This document shows, one piece after another, positions 61,557-64,000 of a stretch of DNA of 64,000 nt. This stretch comes from an uncultured Nitrospiraceae bacterium (GTDB lineage Bacteria; Nitrospirota; Nitrospiria; Nitrospirales; Nitrospiraceae). Location: positions 96,001-160,000 of the forward strand of contig CAVPLT010000006.1 in assembly GCA_963706325.1 (NCBI GenBank). The letters run 5' to 3'. The translations under genes and the position numbers were made by a program. Every line of letters begins with the position of its first letter. Positions within the stretch are counted from its first letter, which is position 1. A model generated the notes under the pieces. That model was not told where the DNA came from. It did no database searches and saw nothing but the letters and a program-made list of their open reading frames with translations.

Positions 61557-62978
61557 ATGAAGACTCAGGCCTCCTTTTCAGCTGCGCTCATTCTCGGATT
61601 CGGATTTTCCGTATGGCTAGCCGGAAGCCTAGTTCCTTGCTTCGCGGGCACCCTGGCCGACGGAACCACGCGCAAAGAATCTTCCGGGCTGCGGCTCTTG
61701 GAAGAACTCCAAACGGTCATTACGGATTTGGCTGAAGAAGCGAAACCCTCCGTCGTCAGTATCTTTCCTCTCCAAGCACAAGGGCGCACGCGCGATACGT
61801 CTGGCGAACGGTTGCCAAACTCCTCCGGGTCGGGATCCGGAGTCATCATCGATCCCGAAGGCCACATTATTACGAATAACCATGTCGTCGGCGATGCCGC
61901 AGAAGTCGAAGTCCGTTTCTCTGACAAATCCAAACTGTTCGCCCAAGTCATTGGGAAAGACCCGGATACGGATTTAGCCGTATTGAAAGTCACGGCTGAT
62001 CATCCCCTTCCCGCTGCCCGCTTCGGAGACTCCTCCGGAGTAAAAGTCGGGCAATGGGTACTGGCCGTCGGGAATCCCTTCGGCCTTGATCGGACCGTGA
62101 CGCTAGGGGTCGTCAGCGGAATCGGACGGGAAAACATCAATTTGTCACGCTACGAAAATTTTATTCAGACCGACGCCTCGATTAATCCGGGCAACTCCGG
62201 CGGGCCGCTCTTCAATTTGCGCGGCGACATCATCGGCATCAATACGGCGATCATCAACTTCGCGCAGGGTATCGGCTTTGCGATTCCTTCCAACATGGCC
62301 AAGCAGGTCATGAAGCAACTCATCGCGAAAGGCAAAGTCGTGCGAGCCTGGCTAGGCGTAGGCCTTCAACCCGTGACTCAAGATCTAGCCAAAAAATTCG
62401 GCGTGGATGAAAACGAAGGAGTGCTCGTCAATGAAGTCTTCGAAAGGGATCCTGCCGCATTGGCTGGGGTCAAGCCAGGCGACGTCATCACCAAGGTCGA
62501 CGGGGCATTGGTAGACACGCCCAATAAGCTCTCACGATTAGTGGCCGCGCTCGAGCCGGGAGCCACGGCCAACGTTGAAGTGGTGCGGGACGGTAAGCGG
62601 ATCGTACTCAAGGTGGCATTAAGCGAGCGCAGGGATACGGTCGTTACCGCCTCGCTGCCTCAGACTCGAACAGACCTGAAGTTGGGCATTGATGTGCAGG
62701 ATTTGACTGCGGGGTTGGCCGAGAAGTTTCGTCTCAAAGAAACCCGGGGGGTGCTGATCTCCAAGGTGGAGACGGGCAGTCTGGCCCAAGCGGAAGGGTT
62801 GCGCGAAGGCGATCTGGTCAAGGAAGTCAACCGTGTCGACACGGGTACGGTCGGAGAATTTTCCGCCGCCGTGTCCAAGGTCAAGCGCGGCGATACGATT
62901 CTTCTGCGGGTGCTCCGTGAAGGTCGGGCCTTTTATGTTGTGCTCAAGCCGGCCGATCCCTCACCTACCCCGCCATAG
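61557..62978 (+). CDS. HtrA/DegP (Do-family) serine protease with two PDZ domains
   Basis: GSGVII, TNNHVV, TDLAVLK and INPGNSGG motifs; two PDZ domains. Confidence 0.95.
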   Translation: MKTQASFSAALILGFGFSVWLAGSLVPCFAGTLADGTTRKESSGLRLLEELQTVITDLAEEAKPSVVSIFPLQAQGRTRDTSGERLPNSSGSGSGVIIDPEGHIITNNHVVGDAAEVEVRFSDKSKLFAQVIGKDPDTDLAVLKVTADHPLPAARFGDSSGVKVGQWVLAVGNPFGLDRTVTLGVVSGIGRENINLSRYENFIQTDASINPGNSGGPLFNLRGDIIGINTAIINFAQGIGFAIPSNMAKQVMKQLIAKGKVVRAWLGVGLQPVTQDLAKKFGVDENEGVLVNEVFERDPAALAGVKPGDVITKVDGALVDTPNKLSRLVAALEPGATANVEVVRDGKRIVLKVALSERRDTVVTASLPQTRTDLKLGIDVQDLTAGLAEKFRLKETRGVLISKVETGSLAQAEGLREGDLVKEVNRVDTGTVGEFSAAVSKVKRGDTILLRVLREGRAFYVVLKPADPSPTPP

Positions 62979-63002
62979 CCGGCTTCGCGCCTTGTGCTGT
63001 GG

Positions 63003-64000
63003 TCAATGCACGCCGACGGCATGCCGTCCGGCCTTGTGCTCGTCAATGATGCGGCCCACCAGCTCTTTCGGTACCTCTTCATAGTGGGCATGTTCCATCA
63101 GGTAACTACCTCGGCCGGCGGTCAGAGAGTTGAGAGCGGGGGCATAGGTGAGCATCTCCGCTTGAGGCACCAGGGCCTTGATGGTCTCCATATGACCGTT
63201 TGCTTCGACCATCACAATGCGTCCGCGGCGCGCGTTCAGATCTCCCAAGACCGCTCCGACACAATCTGCCGGAACCTCTACTTCCACGCTCATCAGCGGT
63301 TCAAGCAGAATTGGATGAGCCGCTTCAATCGCCTTTTTTACTCCCATGGACCCGGCTATTTTAAAGGCCATCTCCGATGAATCGACGACATGGTAGGACC
63401 CGTCATACACGGTGACTCGAAGGTCCACGACGGGATACCCCGCAAGTGGCCCTTCACGCAGCGCCTCAATGACGCCCTTTTCTACAGCCGGCACAAAGTT
63501 GCGCGGAATAGCTCCGCCGACAATCTTATTTTCGAACTCGAACCCCTTGCCGCGTGGTAACGGACCGATTTCCAACCAACAATCCCCATACTGGCCATGC
63601 CCGCCCGTCTGTTTTTTATACTTACCTTGTGCCTGCGAGACACTGCGAACCGACTCACGATAGGATACTTTCGGCGCGTGCAACGTCACATCCGCACCGT
63701 ACTTGCGATGGAGCTTCTCCAGGGCGACGTCGATGTGCAGCTGGCCCAAACCGCTCAGCACCATCTCCTTTGTCTCCATATGGCGAACAAACTCCAAACT
63801 TGGATCTTCCTCAATGAGTTTGTGAAGGCCCAAACTCACCTTCTCAATATCCGCATTGGATCTCGGTTCAATGGCGAAGGACACCACGGGCCTGGTGAAC
63901 TGAATGCCGGGGTACTGAATCGGCGCTCGTTCCTCACACAACGTATCACCTGTGAGACTGTCCTTCAGCTTGGCGATTGCCACAATTTCACCTGCCCTAG
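63003..64000 (-). CDS. fusA: Elongation factor G, C-terminal part (5' end beyond the window)
   Basis: GLGQLHI, KKQTGGHGQYG, DGSYHVVDSSEMAF and LLEP motifs. Confidence 0.93.
   Translation of the reverse strand, partial: RAGEIVAIAKLKDSLTGDTLCEERAPIQYPGIQFTRPVVSFAIEPRSNADIEKVSLGLHKLIEEDPSLEFVRHMETKEMVLSGLGQLHIDVALEKLHRKYGADVTLHAPKVSYRESVRSVSQAQGKYKKQTGGHGQYGDCWLEIGPLPRGKGFEFENKIVGGAIPRNFVPAVEKGVIEALREGPLAGYPVVDLRVTVYDGSYHVVDSSEMAFKIAGSMGVKKAIEAAHPILLEPLMSVEVEVPADCVGAVLGDLNARRGRIVMVEANGHMETIKALVPQAEMLTYAPALNSLTAGRGSYLMEHAHYEEVPKELVGRIIDEHKAGRHAVGVH

Overview
This 64 kb window looks like mostly core chromosome from a Nitrospira-like bacterium. The taxon is inferred from gene content: copper NirK, an SdhE-type succinate dehydrogenase subunit, and pyrR-pyrB-pyrC-carA-carB-greA and lepA-lepB-hldE-kdsB-pyrG-kdsA-kdsD-pgsA-plsY runs. 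I see no rRNA, tRNA, CRISPR array, integrase or transposase. Less ordinary parts: (1) 1-5676 is a tightly coupled operon of unknown function, with a GlmL/MutL-type ASKHA ATPase, a barrel-sandwich/KOW protein, an FN3-like+DUF6754 protein and three membrane proteins. (2) At least nine copies of a ~110-190 bp structured intergenic repeat show covarying stems and an invariant G.G mismatch; four form a tandem array at 7184-7720. (3) An accessory stretch at about 8-13 kb holds a nonsense-interrupted nucleotidyltransferase, a ComEC-type MBL hydrolase, a Nudix gene with an altered box, gene fragments and a diverged duplicate of the 3' end of the neighbouring MFS gene. (4) A c-di-GMP/HDOD/transhydrogenase cluster lies between sdhB and sdhE. 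(5) A Crp/Fnr-nirK-HMA module carries a perfect 26 bp operator-like palindrome. (6) Several enzymes have non-canonical active-site motifs. All product calls come from motifs recognised by eye; no database search was run.
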